Shown here: positions 38,757 to 49,172 of the stretch, piece after piece
How positions within the stretch are numbered: position 1 is the first letter of the stretch
Layout of the letters: each line of letters opens with the position of its first letter
Assembly (NCBI GenBank): GCA_964422655.1
Contig: CAYRBT010000001.1
Span: 211,425-275,424 of the forward strand
Reading direction: 5' to 3'
From: an uncultured Bacteroides sp.
GTDB lineage: Bacteria > Bacillota > Clostridia > Oscillospirales > Acutalibacteraceae
Length of the DNA stretch: 64,000 nucleotides
The notes under the pieces: generated by a model
Seen by the model: only the letters and a program-made list of their open reading frames with translations
The model's database searches: none
What the model was told of the DNA's origin: nothing
Translations under genes and position numbers: made by a program

Positions 38757-40777
38757 TGGCATATAAAAAATGGATAGTTGCCGATGCCGACAAAGAAAGG
38801 GCATCTGTTTTGAGTGAAAAACTGAATATTGACCCTTTCATTGCATTTTTGCTTGTATCAAGAGGGATAGACGACGAGCTTACCGCTTCTGATTTTTTGT
38901 CAGAAAGCTGTAGGTTTGTTTCGCCTTTTTCTTTTGCCGATATGGATAAAGCGGTAGCAAGAATAAACACGGCAATAGATTGCGGTGAAAAAATCTGCAT
39001 CTGGGGTGATTATGACTGCGACGGAGTAACGGCAACCGCGCTTCTTTACACATTTTTGCAAAGCATGGGCGCAGATGTCTGCTACTATATTCCTAACAGA
39101 ATTTCGGACGGCTACGGTATGAACAACCCTGCAATAGAAAAAATTGCACAGATGGGAACAAATCTTATCATAACCGTTGATAACGGCATATCATCCATTG
39201 ATGAGGCTGAATATGTAAAAGCTCTCGGTATGGAGCTTGTTATTACAGACCATCATCAAATCGGCGAAAGGCTTCCCGACGCCTGTGCGGTAGTAAATCC
39301 TCACAGAACGGATAATAATATCGAGTTTAAGGATTACGCCGGTGTAGGCGTTGCGTTCAAGCTTGCCTGTGCGCTTTATGACGGCGATGCAGACGAAATC
39401 CTTGAGCAGTTTGCGGATTTGGTTACTATCGGAACAATCGGCGATGTTGTGTCACTCAGGGGTGAAAACAGAAGTATTGTCAAGGTCGGACTTGAGATGA
39501 TAAATTCATCGTCAAGAATAGGAATTACGGCTTTGCGCGAGGCGGCTTATTCGTCAGAGGGTGCAATGAGTGCGTCGGATGTTGCCTTTCAGCTTTGCCC
39601 GAGAATAAACGCGGCAGGCAGAATGGACAATGCACAGATGGCTGTCGAGCTTCTTATAAGCGACGATTGGGAGGACGCAAGATTTAAGGCTGAACAGCTT
39701 AATAACGAAAATTCTCATCGCCATGAGGTTGAGAATAATATTTTTAACGATATATCCGAAAAATTCGAGCACGAGCCGTCGCTTGCAGAGGACAGGGTAA
39801 TTGTTGTCTGTGGTAACGGCTATCACAAGGGAGTTATCGGAATAACCGCCGCTCATATCTGCGAGCTTTACGGCAAGCCGGCTATCGTAATAGGAATTGA
39901 TGAAAACGGCACGGCAACAGGCTCTGCAAGAAGTATTGAGGGCTTTAATATTTATGATGCAATATCCTCCTGCTCTGATATGTTAACCCATTTCGGAGGG
40001 CACCCGCTTGCAGCAGGTCTTGGAATTATGCCGCAGAGCATTGACCTTTTCAGAAAAAGGATAAACGAATACGCAAAGGAAAATTATCCTGTTATGCCTG
40101 CACCTGTGCTGAGGCTTGATTGCAAGCTGTCGCCGTTTTATATGAATGTTGATTTGGTTGACAGCCTTTCGGCGCTTGAGCCGTACGGTGCAGACAATCC
40201 ACAGCCTGTTTTCGGCTTATACAATATGATTTTGAAATCCGTTACCCCTATCGGAGACGGAAAGCATATCAGGCTTGAGGTTACAAAAAAGAACAAGTCC
40301 TTTCGTATTGTTAAGTTTAAAACCTCTGCCAATGAGTTTCCGTATAAGATAGGCGAATGCCTTGATTTTGCAGTAAGGCTTTCAAAAAATTTTTATAAGG
40401 GCAAGTATTTTCTCTCTGTTCAGGCACTTGATGTAAGAAAAAACGGCTGTGATACAGAAAAGTATTTTACCGAAAAAAATGACTTAGAGCTCTTTATGCT
40501 TGGAAATAAGAATATAACCGAGCTTTATCCCGACAGGGAAGTCTGCAAAAATATTTATTTGCTTTTAAAACGGAATGACGGTTGGAATTACAGCATTGAC
40601 GATTTGTATTTTGAGCTTGCAGACAGCCTCACCTACGGTCAGCTTATGTTTGCGCTCGACGCCTTTGAAGAGGTTGGAATAATTACAAGAAACGGTAAAA
40701 TTACTATAAATAATATAGGCAAAAAAGCCGATATGGATAACACAAATACACTTAAATCCTTGAAGGGAAGGCTTTAA
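38756..40777 (+). CDS. recJ: Single-stranded DNA exonuclease RecJ
   Basis: GDYDCDG, TVDNG, TDHH, PRINAAGR, GGH..AAG. Confidence 0.96.
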   Translation: MAYKKWIVADADKERASVLSEKLNIDPFIAFLLVSRGIDDELTASDFLSESCRFVSPFSFADMDKAVARINTAIDCGEKICIWGDYDCDGVTATALLYTFLQSMGADVCYYIPNRISDGYGMNNPAIEKIAQMGTNLIITVDNGISSIDEAEYVKALGMELVITDHHQIGERLPDACAVVNPHRTDNNIEFKDYAGVGVAFKLACALYDGDADEILEQFADLVTIGTIGDVVSLRGENRSIVKVGLEMINSSSRIGITALREAAYSSEGAMSASDVAFQLCPRINAAGRMDNAQMAVELLISDDWEDARFKAEQLNNENSHRHEVENNIFNDISEKFEHEPSLAEDRVIVVCGNGYHKGVIGITAAHICELYGKPAIVIGIDENGTATGSARSIEGFNIYDAISSCSDMLTHFGGHPLAAGLGIMPQSIDLFRKRINEYAKENYPVMPAPVLRLDCKLSPFYMNVDLVDSLSALEPYGADNPQPVFGLYNMILKSVTPIGDGKHIRLEVTKKNKSFRIVKFKTSANEFPYKIGECLDFAVRLSKNFYKGKYFLSVQALDVRKNGCDTEKYFTEKNDLELFMLGNKNITELYPDREVCKNIYLLLKRNDGWNYSIDDLYFELADSLTYGQLMFALDAFEEVGIITRNGKITINNIGKKADMDNTNTLKSLKGRL

Positions 40778-42988
40778 ATGAGTGATTCTGTATATACTGA
40801 GGAATATGATGACGGCTTCAAAGAGTTTTTTGAGCTTGTAAAAAAGAATCCTCAGTACGATTATGAAAAAATTGAAAAGGCATACAATCTTGCGCGCGAC
40901 GCTCATAAAAATCAGCGCAGGCGCTCGGGCGAGCCGTACATTATGCACCCTGTTGCAGTAGCTAAAATACTATTTAAGCTCGGAATGGACAATGAGTGTA
41001 TTATCGGCGCTCTTTTGCACGATGTTGTTGAGGATACGGAATATGACCTTGACTATATCAGAAACGAGTTTTCAAACGAGGTTGCACTTTTAGTTGACGG
41101 AGTAACAAAGCTCGGTCAAATTCCTCTTTCGACAAGAGAGGAGGTTCAGGCGGAAAACATCAGAAAAATGTTTATCGCAATGAACGAGGATGTCCGCGTA
41201 ATTATTATTAAGCTTTGCGACAGACTTCATAATATGCGCACTCTTGAGCATATGCCCGAATACAAGCAGAGAGAAAAAAGCCTTGAAACTCTCGAAATTT
41301 ACGCTCCTATTGCCCACCGCTTAGGTATCCGTCCTATCAAGGAGGAGCTTGAGGATTTGGCAATTTATTATCTTGATCCGATTGCATACAGGGAAATAGA
41401 AAAAAATCTTTCTATGAAAACAGAGCAGGGCGAGAAATTTCTAACTGACATTAAACAGCAGATAAGCGACAGGATTACCCCTGTTATGAAAAATGTTCAA
41501 ATAACCTCAAGAGTAAAATCCGTTCACGGAATATTCCGTAAGGTTTATATCAAGGGTAAGAATTTTGAACAGATTTTTGATATTTATGCTGTAAGAATTA
41601 TTGTTGATTCGTTGATTGACTGCTATAACGCCTTGGGTATTGTTCACGATATGTTTCAGCCGCTTCCCGGCAGGTTTAAGGATTATATCTCTATGCCTAA
41701 GCCGAATATGTATCAGTCGCTTCATACTACGGTTATTACTAAATCGGGTATTCCGTTTGAAATTCAAATTCGTACCTGGGATATGCACAGAACTGCGGAA
41801 TTCGGTATCGCTGCCCATTGGAAATATAAGCTCGGCAAGGGCGGTAAGGATAATATTGATGACCGACTTGAGTGGATTCACCGTATGATTGAAACAGGCA
41901 ACGACGCTGAAAATGCAGAGGAGCTTGTAAGAAATATCAAGGGGGATCTTTCTGTTGAGGAGGTTTATGTATTCACTCCGCGCGGTGATGTAAAAAGCTT
42001 GCCAAAGGGCGCAACCGTAATCGACTTTGCATATGCAATTCACTCTGCGGTAGGCAATAAAATGGTTGGCGCAAAGGTCAACGGTAAAATCGTAACCCTT
42101 GATTATAAGGTGAAAACGGGTGAAATTGTCGAGGTTCTTACATCAAATCAGCAGGGTAAGGGACCGAGCCGTGACTGGCTTTCAATTGTAACAACGGGTG
42201 AAGCACGAAGCAAAATCCGTGCTTGGTTTAAAAAAGAAAAGCGCGACGAAAATATCGTTCGCGGAAGAGCTGATGTTGAGCACGAATTAAAGCGAAACTT
42301 TATCAGACTTGAAGCAGATGAGTACGATAATTTCATTAAAAAAATATCCGAAAGACAGCATTGTGCAAGCATAGAGGATTTTTATGCGGCGGTTGGTTAC
42401 GGCGGTATTCAGATTTCAAGGCTTATGCCCGGTATAAAGGACGAATATAACCGAAATTGGAAGCCTAAGGAGCCGTTGCCCGCTAAGCCGATAAATAATG
42501 CACAAAGTGTTCAGGTAAATGAAGAAAAATCCACAGGCGGTATAGTCGTTGAGGGAATTGACAATTGCCTGATAAAAATGGCAAGGTGCTGTTCTCCGCT
42601 TCCGGGAGAAGAGATTATCGGCTTTATTAACAGAGGCACGGGACTCACAATTCACAGACGCGACTGCGTTAATGTGCCTGTTGATATTCAGTCCTCGCCT
42701 GAGCCTGAAAGATGGGTAAAGGCTCATTGGAACAATTCTGTTTCAATAGATGCAAGGTCAACGCTCAATGTTTATGCAATCGACCGTGACGGTGTTGTGC
42801 TTGATATAACAACAAAAATGGCTAACGCTCATGTGAAAATTCATTCTATCAATGCCCGACCGATAAATGACGGAAACTGTCTTACAACAATGACAATAAC
42901 CGTTAATTCCAAGGAGCACCTTGACAGCATTGAAAAAACACTCAGAAAAATTGAGGGCGTTTATTATATTGAAAGAGGTACAAGATAA
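40778..42988 (+). CDS. relA: Bifunctional (p)ppGpp synthetase/hydrolase Rel
   Basis: HD motif LLHDVVEDT, RFKDYI, YQSLHT, EIQIRT, TGS, ZFD and ACT domains. Confidence 0.97.
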   Translation: MSDSVYTEEYDDGFKEFFELVKKNPQYDYEKIEKAYNLARDAHKNQRRRSGEPYIMHPVAVAKILFKLGMDNECIIGALLHDVVEDTEYDLDYIRNEFSNEVALLVDGVTKLGQIPLSTREEVQAENIRKMFIAMNEDVRVIIIKLCDRLHNMRTLEHMPEYKQREKSLETLEIYAPIAHRLGIRPIKEELEDLAIYYLDPIAYREIEKNLSMKTEQGEKFLTDIKQQISDRITPVMKNVQITSRVKSVHGIFRKVYIKGKNFEQIFDIYAVRIIVDSLIDCYNALGIVHDMFQPLPGRFKDYISMPKPNMYQSLHTTVITKSGIPFEIQIRTWDMHRTAEFGIAAHWKYKLGKGGKDNIDDRLEWIHRMIETGNDAENAEELVRNIKGDLSVEEVYVFTPRGDVKSLPKGATVIDFAYAIHSAVGNKMVGAKVNGKIVTLDYKVKTGEIVEVLTSNQQGKGPSRDWLSIVTTGEARSKIRAWFKKEKRDENIVRGRADVEHELKRNFIRLEADEYDNFIKKISERQHCASIEDFYAAVGYGGIQISRLMPGIKDEYNRNWKPKEPLPAKPINNAQSVQVNEEKSTGGIVVEGIDNCLIKMARCCSPLPGEEIIGFINRGTGLTIHRRDCVNVPVDIQSSPEPERWVKAHWNNSVSIDARSTLNVYAIDRDGVVLDITTKMANAHVKIHSINARPINDGNCLTTMTITVNSKEHLDSIEKTLRKIEGVYYIERGTR

Positions 42989-43440
42989 TGAAGGCTGTAA
43001 TTCAAAGAGTAAAATATGCGTCGGTAACAATCGGCGGTGAGCTTTACAGCAAAATTGATAACGGATTTATGATTTTGCTCGGCGTATGCGACGGCGACAC
43101 AAGGCTTGATGCAGATAAGCTTGTTAAAAAAATCCCCGTATTAAGAATTTTTGAGGACGAAAACGGAAAAATGAATAAATCCTGCCTTGATACAGACGGC
43201 TCAATGCTTGTTGTTTCTCAGTTTACTCTTTGTGCCGACTGCTCGCACGGCAGAAGACCGAGCTTCATCTCCTCTGCGCCTCCTAACGAGGCAAAGGCTC
43301 TCTATGAGTATGTTTGCCAGGAGCTTTCAAATGCGGGAGTTAAGCAGGTGAAAACAGGTGTGTTCGGCGCCGATATGCAGGTGGAGCTTTTAAATGACGG
43401 ACCTGTTACTATTGTGCTCGACAGTAAGGATTTGAAATAA
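42988..43440 (+). CDS. dtd: D-aminoacyl-tRNA deacylase
   Basis: MKAVIQRV, SQFTL, NDGPVT. Confidence 0.97.
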   Translation: MKAVIQRVKYASVTIGGELYSKIDNGFMILLGVCDGDTRLDADKLVKKIPVLRIFEDENGKMNKSCLDTDGSMLVVSQFTLCADCSHGRRPSFISSAPPNEAKALYEYVCQELSNAGVKQVKTGVFGADMQVELLNDGPVTIVLDSKDLK

Positions 43441-44054
43441 TGATTGATGTAAAATGTGCCGTTTTCGGCGAGCTTGAAAATAATTGTTATCTTATAACCG
43501 ATAAAAACACAGGCAAAAGTGCACTCGTGGACTGTACTGACGACAGCAAAAAAATGCTTGATTTTATTGAGGGTGCAGACCTTGAGTATATCCTGCTTAC
43601 CCACGGTCATTTTGACCATATCGGCGGTGTAAAAAGAGTAAAGGAGCTTACGGGCGCAAGTGTTGTTATCAGTGCACCCGATGAGCCGATGCTTTCATCG
43701 TCAAGAAAAAGTCTTGCTGTATTTTGCAATCTGACCATTGAAAAGGCTGAGGCGGATAAAATTGTATTTGACGGCGACAGGATAATGCTCGGTGACAGCG
43801 AAATAACAGTTATGTCGAGTCCCGGTCACACTAAAGGCGGAGTATGCTATATATGTGATGACTGTATTTTTACGGGAGATACCTTATTTTACTGCTCGTG
43901 CGGAAGAACCGATTTTCCGACAGGCTCTGCCTCTGAGCTTTCTCAAAGCCTTAAAAAAATTGCTTTGCTAAACGGCGATTACAAGGTTTATGCAGGTCAC
44001 GGAAATTCCTCGACGCTTGAATTTGAAAGAAAAAATAACCCTTATATTAAATAA
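43440..44054 (+). CDS. MBL-fold metallo-hydrolase (glyoxalase II-like)
   Basis: THGHFDHIGG, PGHT, TGDTLF, GRTD, GHG. Confidence 0.9.
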   Translation: MIDVKCAVFGELENNCYLITDKNTGKSALVDCTDDSKKMLDFIEGADLEYILLTHGHFDHIGGVKRVKELTGASVVISAPDEPMLSSSRKSLAVFCNLTIEKAEADKIVFDGDRIMLGDSEITVMSSPGHTKGGVCYICDDCIFTGDTLFYCSCGRTDFPTGSASELSQSLKKIALLNGDYKVYAGHGNSSTLEFERKNNPYIK

Positions 44055-44060
44055 AAGATT

Positions 44061-45491
44061 ATGGTATTAAAAGTTATAAATCATCCTTTTTCATATGATA
44101 TGAAAAATATCTGCACCGTCTTTTTCCCTTTTGAAAAAATAAGGAACGAGGGCGATGACGATATTGTTGTTACAACGAAAATCGAAAATAATCAAATGCT
44201 TGCAGAGGTCGATGCTTACGGCAGGCATTTGAGCAGGGCCCACAATATTGAGCAAAATGAGGATATGGCAGAGGCTATGTCCGTTTTGCTTTATAATACC
44301 CTGTCCGAGCTTACGGGATGCAAGCCTCCTTGGGGAATACTTTTCGGTGTGCGTCCTGCAAAGCTTATGCACAGATTTTGCGAGGAGCTCGGTCGGGATA
44401 AAGCAAGGGAATATTTTATAAACAACTTTCTTGTAACACCTCAAAAAACAGACCTTGCACTTGAGGTTATGCAAAGGGAAAACAAAATAATTTCTCTTTC
44501 AGGGGATAATTCCTTTTCGCTTTATGTTTCCATTCCGTTTTGTCCCACAAGATGCTCGTACTGCTCTTTTGTTTCGCATTCGATTGAACGCACGAAAAAG
44601 CTTGTTGAGCCATATGTAGAGCTTCTTTGCCTGGAATTAAAAAGAATAGGCGAAATTGCAAGAGCTTTAAACCTTAGGCTTGAAACAATTTATTTCGGAG
44701 GCGGAACGCCCACAACTCTGTCAGCCGAAAATCTTAATAAGCTTTTTGCGGCAATTTCAAACAGCTTTGATTCATCAAATCTTCGCGAATATACCGTCGA
44801 GGCAGGCAGACCTGACACCGTCACGGCAGACAAGCTGCTTGCCATAAAAAACGCGGGCGTGGAAAGGATAAGCATAAATCCTCAAAGCTTTAACGATGAG
44901 GTGTTAAATGCAATAGGCAGAAAGCACACCTCGCGCCAAACGCTTGAGGCATTTGAGCTTGCGAGAAGGTACGGATTTGAAAACATCAATACGGACCTTA
45001 TTGCAGGGCTTCCGCTTGACAGCCTTGAGTCCTTTCAAAACAGCGTAGACACCGCTATCAGCCTTGGAGCAGAGTCCGTTACCGTGCATACGCTTGCCAT
45101 GAAATCAGCGGCGTATATGGTAACAAAGGACAATCCCTTTGATTTAAAGGACAGAGCGCTGACAACTGAAATGGTTGATTATTCAAATACTGCTCTTAAT
45201 GCCTCGGGATACTATCCTTACTATATGTATAGACAGTCCAAATCTCTCGGAAATCTCGAAAATGTCGGCTGGTGCAGGGATAATAAGGATTGCCTTTATA
45301 ATGTCTATATGATGGACGAAACCCATTCCGTTTTTGCAGCAGGTGCAGGTGCGGTAACAAGGCTTAAGGACCGACAAAGCGGTCATATTGAAAGAATTTA
45401 TAATTATAAATATCCTTATGAGTATATTGATAATTTTGAAGAAATTCTCAAAAGAAAAGAAGGAATATTAGATTTTTATAAATATTATTGA
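44061..45491 (+). CDS. hemZ: HemZ-like radical SAM protein (coproporphyrinogen dehydrogenase family)
   Basis: PWGIL.GVRP.K, CPTRCSYC, GGGTPT, EAGRPD, PYYMYRQ. Confidence 0.88.
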   Translation: MVLKVINHPFSYDMKNICTVFFPFEKIRNEGDDDIVVTTKIENNQMLAEVDAYGRHLSRAHNIEQNEDMAEAMSVLLYNTLSELTGCKPPWGILFGVRPAKLMHRFCEELGRDKAREYFINNFLVTPQKTDLALEVMQRENKIISLSGDNSFSLYVSIPFCPTRCSYCSFVSHSIERTKKLVEPYVELLCLELKRIGEIARALNLRLETIYFGGGTPTTLSAENLNKLFAAISNSFDSSNLREYTVEAGRPDTVTADKLLAIKNAGVERISINPQSFNDEVLNAIGRKHTSRQTLEAFELARRYGFENINTDLIAGLPLDSLESFQNSVDTAISLGAESVTVHTLAMKSAAYMVTKDNPFDLKDRALTTEMVDYSNTALNASGYYPYYMYRQSKSLGNLENVGWCRDNKDCLYNVYMMDETHSVFAAGAGAVTRLKDRQSGHIERIYNYKYPYEYIDNFEEILKRKEGILDFYKYY

Positions 45492-45501
45492 ACATTTTGT
45501 A

Positions 45502-45530
45502 TTGCAAAAATTTACAAATTGTAATATAAT
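45502..45530 (+). promoter_or_regulatory. Sigma-A promoter with TTACAA-A-TTGTAA inverted repeat in the spacer
   Basis: TTGCAA-17 nt-TATAAT. Confidence 0.65.
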
Positions 45531-45550
45531 GATAATAAGGAGTGATTTAT

Positions 45551-46009
45551 ATGCCTATAAATTTGAATGATTTGTTTAACTCGGTAGATGAGTCTTTTAA
45601 TAATCAAAAGCTTGAAGAGGTTTTTAATAAAACAAAAAATGTTGCCGAAACGATGAGCAAAAAGAGTGCTGAAAGAATTGAAATCAGCCGAAAAAAGGTT
45701 GAGTGCCTCGACGCCAAAGCAAAGCTTGCAAAGCATTATGAAAAATACGGAAGGCTTCAGTACAGCATCTTTATCGGCGAGGAAATTGACGAGCAGGAGC
45801 TTTTGCAATGTACGGACAGTATTGCCCAGCTCAGAGAAAAAATCGAAATTCTTACTCAGGATATAGAAAAAGCCAAAGCAGAATTTAACGAGTCTATTTC
45901 AAATGCCGCAAAGCGCACACGCGAGGCATTTAACGGCGAAAAGACCGTTCAGGCTCAGGAGGTTGAGGTTACAGAGGCCCGTCCTGTTGATGAAGATAAC
46001 GCTCAATAA
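45551..46009 (+). CDS. Hypothetical coiled-coil protein
   Basis: AAGGAG RBS, own promoter and terminator, charged helical composition. Confidence 0.7.
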   Translation: MPINLNDLFNSVDESFNNQKLEEVFNKTKNVAETMSKKSAERIEISRKKVECLDAKAKLAKHYEKYGRLQYSIFIGEEIDEQELLQCTDSIAQLREKIEILTQDIEKAKAEFNESISNAAKRTREAFNGEKTVQAQEVEVTEARPVDEDNAQ

Positions 46010-46026
46010 AAATATAATTTTGTAAA

Positions 46027-46072
46027 ACCGTTTCCGAAAATCAGTTCATTCTTTTTCGGAAACGGTCTTTTT
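46027..46072 (+). terminator. Intrinsic terminator
   Basis: ACCGTTTCCGAAAA...TTTTCGGAAACGGT followed by T-run. Confidence 0.8.
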
Positions 46073-46137
46073 GTTTTTTTATCACCTTTAAAAACATATA
46101 TATTTATTATAAGTATTGCTATTTTGTAGGTGATAAT

Positions 46138-47784
46138 TTGAACAAGAGCATAAAGCAAAAATATATCAGCTCTGCGTTTATACTTTTGTTTTCTTCTGTA
46201 ATAGTAAAGGTGATAAGCGCTGTTTATAAAATTCCGCTGACATCATATATCGGAGCAACGGGCAGAGGCTATTTTTCAATAGCATATAATTTGTGTCTGC
46301 CTATTCACGCAATAACTATGGGTGCGTTTCCGCTTGCTCTTACAAAGCTTGTAAGCACCTACGATGCTAAAGGAGAATATCTAAAAATCAAGGCTCTGAG
46401 AAGCGTGTCAAAAAAGCTCTTTTTCTTTGTCGGTATTGCAGGACTTGCAGTAATGCTTTTGTTCGCAAAGCCGTATGCGGATATTATTTCATCATCTCCG
46501 AAAAGCATATATACAATTGTTGCACTCGCACCGTCTGTATTTTTTTCCTGTATGAGTGCATGCCACAGAGCATTTGCAGAGGGTTATCTTGATATGAAGC
46601 CGACGGCAGTCAGTCAAATTATTGAAGCGCTGTTTAAAATGGTTTTCGGTCTTCTTTTTGCAAGACTGACAATGGGATATCTGTATCAGCTCTATTTGAA
46701 TAACGGCTCGATTTTTTCAATGTCGGCTATGAACGAGCAGGAAGCACTTGCAGTTATTTATCCGCTGACCTCTGCCGCCTCAATGCTTGGGGTGACGCTT
46801 GGAAGCATATGTGCGTGGATATATTCGGCGCTATATACAAAAAGCCGTTATAATTCCTTTCCTGCCGGAGAAACGGATAAAAAGGCCGTTTTCGGTGAGC
46901 TTGTCGGCTTTTCTGTCGGGCTTTTAGGCGCAACTGCAATTCAAAGCATATCAAATTTTCTTGATACAGGCAGTATACAGTATTTCCTGACAAAATGCAG
47001 TGAGCAGGCATTGTCACAGCAGTATTCGTATAACGGAGATGAGGTTTATACTTATGTTTTCGGAATATATTCCTCGGCTCTCGATTTCAAGAATCTTATA
47101 CCCGGAATAGTTATGGCGCTCGGTGTTGCCGCCGTTCCTGCCGTCAGCTCGGCATATGAAAGCTCGTCTGAACGGTTTTCGTCACTTTTGACAAGCATTT
47201 TCAAATATACAAGCATTCTTGCTGTATCGGGCGGAGCCGTGCTTGCACTTTTTCACAATGATATACTCAGTATGTTTTATTCATCCTCAAATGCCGATAT
47301 TGTCAGCGGTGCATCAAATATGCTCTTTTTGTTCGGTACAACGGTTATGCCGTGCTGTGTGGCATCAACCTCTGTCTTTTGTGCCCAATCACTCGGCTTT
47401 TCAAAGCAGACAATTGCTCCTCTTTGTGTGTCGTCTGTATTAAGAGTGGTTATAAACTATTTTCTTATAAGCGATGTTAGAATAAATATTCTCGGTACGG
47501 CGTTTTCAAATTTTGTCGGCTTTTTGGTTATAACAATATGGAATATGATAATTATAAAAAACAAAACAAAGGCACGCTTTTGTGTTGTTGACATTTTTTT
47601 AAAGCCGATAGCCTGCGGTACAATTACATATTTTTTGACAGATGCGGTAAGAAGCTCTCTTTTTTACGGGATGTCGCAATGGCTCTCATTTAGTCTAAGC
47701 CTGTCGGTATTTGTGATAGCCTTAATAATATTGCTGTTTTTGTTCAAATGTATTTCTGTAAGCGATATTAAGCAAATTAAATAA
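46138..47784 (+). CDS. MOP-family flippase / SpoVB-YabM-like polysaccharide biosynthesis protein
   Basis: VKVISAVYKIPL, PTAVSQIIE, many TM segments; yabM position before mazG. Confidence 0.82.
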   Translation: MNKSIKQKYISSAFILLFSSVIVKVISAVYKIPLTSYIGATGRGYFSIAYNLCLPIHAITMGAFPLALTKLVSTYDAKGEYLKIKALRSVSKKLFFFVGIAGLAVMLLFAKPYADIISSSPKSIYTIVALAPSVFFSCMSACHRAFAEGYLDMKPTAVSQIIEALFKMVFGLLFARLTMGYLYQLYLNNGSIFSMSAMNEQEALAVIYPLTSAASMLGVTLGSICAWIYSALYTKSRYNSFPAGETDKKAVFGELVGFSVGLLGATAIQSISNFLDTGSIQYFLTKCSEQALSQQYSYNGDEVYTYVFGIYSSALDFKNLIPGIVMALGVAAVPAVSSAYESSSERFSSLLTSIFKYTSILAVSGGAVLALFHNDILSMFYSSSNADIVSGASNMLFLFGTTVMPCCVASTSVFCAQSLGFSKQTIAPLCVSSVLRVVINYFLISDVRINILGTAFSNFVGFLVITIWNMIIIKNKTKARFCVVDIFLKPIACGTITYFLTDAVRSSLFYGMSQWLSFSLSLSVFVIALIILLFLFKCISVSDIKQIK

Positions 47785-47863
47785 AATATAAAAATTTCGC
47801 TTAAATACTTGCAAAATGCACTGTTTTATAGTATTATTTGAGTGACAAGTTAATTGAAGGCGA

Positions 47864-48676
47864 GTGGATATAATGGCAATTGATTTCGATTTTAAGGAAA
47901 AGTATAATATCGACGATTTGATTTCCATTATAGCTCTGCTCAGAGCACCTGACGGATGCCCCTGGGATCGTGAGCAAACCCATATGTCAATTAAAAAGAA
48001 TTTTATCGAGGAAACATATGAGGTTATTGAAGCGATAAACAAAAATGATACTGACGGTCTCAGAGAGGAATTAGGCGATGTTCTCCTTCAAATTGCACTT
48101 CACTCTCAAATGGAGAGCGAAAAGGGAAGCTTCGATTTTAACGATGTGTGCGACGAGCTGTGTAAAAAGCTGATTGTCCGCCACCCTCATGTTTTCGGCG
48201 ATGTTAAGGCCGAAAATGCCAAAGAGGCGTTATCAAGCTGGGATGCTGTTAAGCAAAGCATCAAAGGCATAAAAACTCATAGCGAGGCTATGGACAGTAT
48301 TCCTGTTGAACTTCCTGCGCTTATGCGCGCACAAAAGGTGCAGAGCAAGGCCGCAAAGGCAGGCTTTGACTGGGAGGATATGAGCGGTGCATTTGCTAAG
48401 CTTAGCGAAGAAATTAACGAGTTGAAAGATGCACTTGACCGTAGCAATCAGTCCGATATTGATGATGAATTCGGAGATGTTTTGTTTTCCTGTGTAAACA
48501 TTTCAAGATTTATCAACACCGACAGCGAGGAGGCTCTTAAGGCTTCAACAGATAAGTTTATCAGTCGGTTTAAAATTGTTGAAATGCTTGCGACGGAAAA
48601 CGGAATTTCAATGAAGGACGCTTCAATAGAGGAGCTTGACTTGTTGTGGGAAAAGGCAAAAGAAATAAAAAACTGA
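47864..48676 (+). CDS. mazG: Nucleoside triphosphate pyrophosphohydrolase MazG
   Basis: LRAPDGCPWDREQT, EETYE, EELGD, RHPHVF, GFDW. Confidence 0.95.
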   Translation: MDIMAIDFDFKEKYNIDDLISIIALLRAPDGCPWDREQTHMSIKKNFIEETYEVIEAINKNDTDGLREELGDVLLQIALHSQMESEKGSFDFNDVCDELCKKLIVRHPHVFGDVKAENAKEALSSWDAVKQSIKGIKTHSEAMDSIPVELPALMRAQKVQSKAAKAGFDWEDMSGAFAKLSEEINELKDALDRSNQSDIDDEFGDVLFSCVNISRFINTDSEEALKASTDKFISRFKIVEMLATENGISMKDASIEELDLLWEKAKEIKN

Positions 48677-48704
48677 TTAACAGTTAAAACGGAGGAAATT
48701 TAAA

Positions 48705-48977
48705 ATGAACAAAACAGAACTTGTAGCAGCAGTAGCTGCAAAGGCAGAGCTTTCAAAGAAGGATGCAGAAGCAGCAGTATCAGCTGTATTTGATTCAATC
48801 AAGGACGCTCTTGCAGATGGTGATAAGGTTGCTCTTGTTGGCTTCGGTACATTTGCTGTAAAGACTCGTGCAGCTCGCACAGGTCTTAACCCTCGCACAA
48901 AGGAAACAATCGAAATTCCTGCAGCAAAGGTTCCTTCATTCAAGGCAGGCTCAGCACTTAAGGATGCTGTAAAATAA
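48705..48977 (+). CDS. hup: DNA-binding protein HU
   Basis: [23 protein letters not shown]. Confidence 0.98.
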   Translation: MNKTELVAAVAAKAELSKKDAEAAVSAVFDSIKDALADGDKVALVGFGTFAVKTRAARTGLNPRTKETIEIPAAKVPSFKAGSALKDAVK

Positions 48978-48997
48978 GTTTTACTTATTACAAAGCA

Positions 48998-49021
48998 AAG
49001 GCACCGATTTATCGGTGCCTT
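48998..49021 (+). terminator. Hairpin after hup (terminator or stabiliser; no U-tract)
   Basis: AAGGCACCGAT-TT-ATCGGTGCCTT. Confidence 0.55.
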
Positions 49022-49078
49022 AAATTATCGGTAAAGTGGTCTGAACCACGCTAAAGTAAATTTGGCTTTGTATTATTC

Positions 49079-49103
49079 GTAGGGCAGGGGCTTGCTCCTG
49101 CCG
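49079..49103 (+). repeat. REP-like GTAG-hairpin element
   Basis: GTAG followed by GGCAGGGGC-TT-GCTCCTGCC; single copy in this window. Confidence 0.45.
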
Positions 49104-49172
49104 TATCATTTTTTAGCAGCAATATACATTTAGCATTTTTTATTTTTAGAAATTTTAAATTTTGGTGATTAT

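Noticed and set aside
47864-48676. MazG as part of a toxin-antitoxin or defence system
   Set aside because: It occupies the conserved yabM-yabN-hup-yabO position and no mazEF is nearby.
49030-49062. IS terminal repeat (TGGTCTGAACC...)
   Set aside because: No partner end, target duplication or transposase; the similarity is too short.
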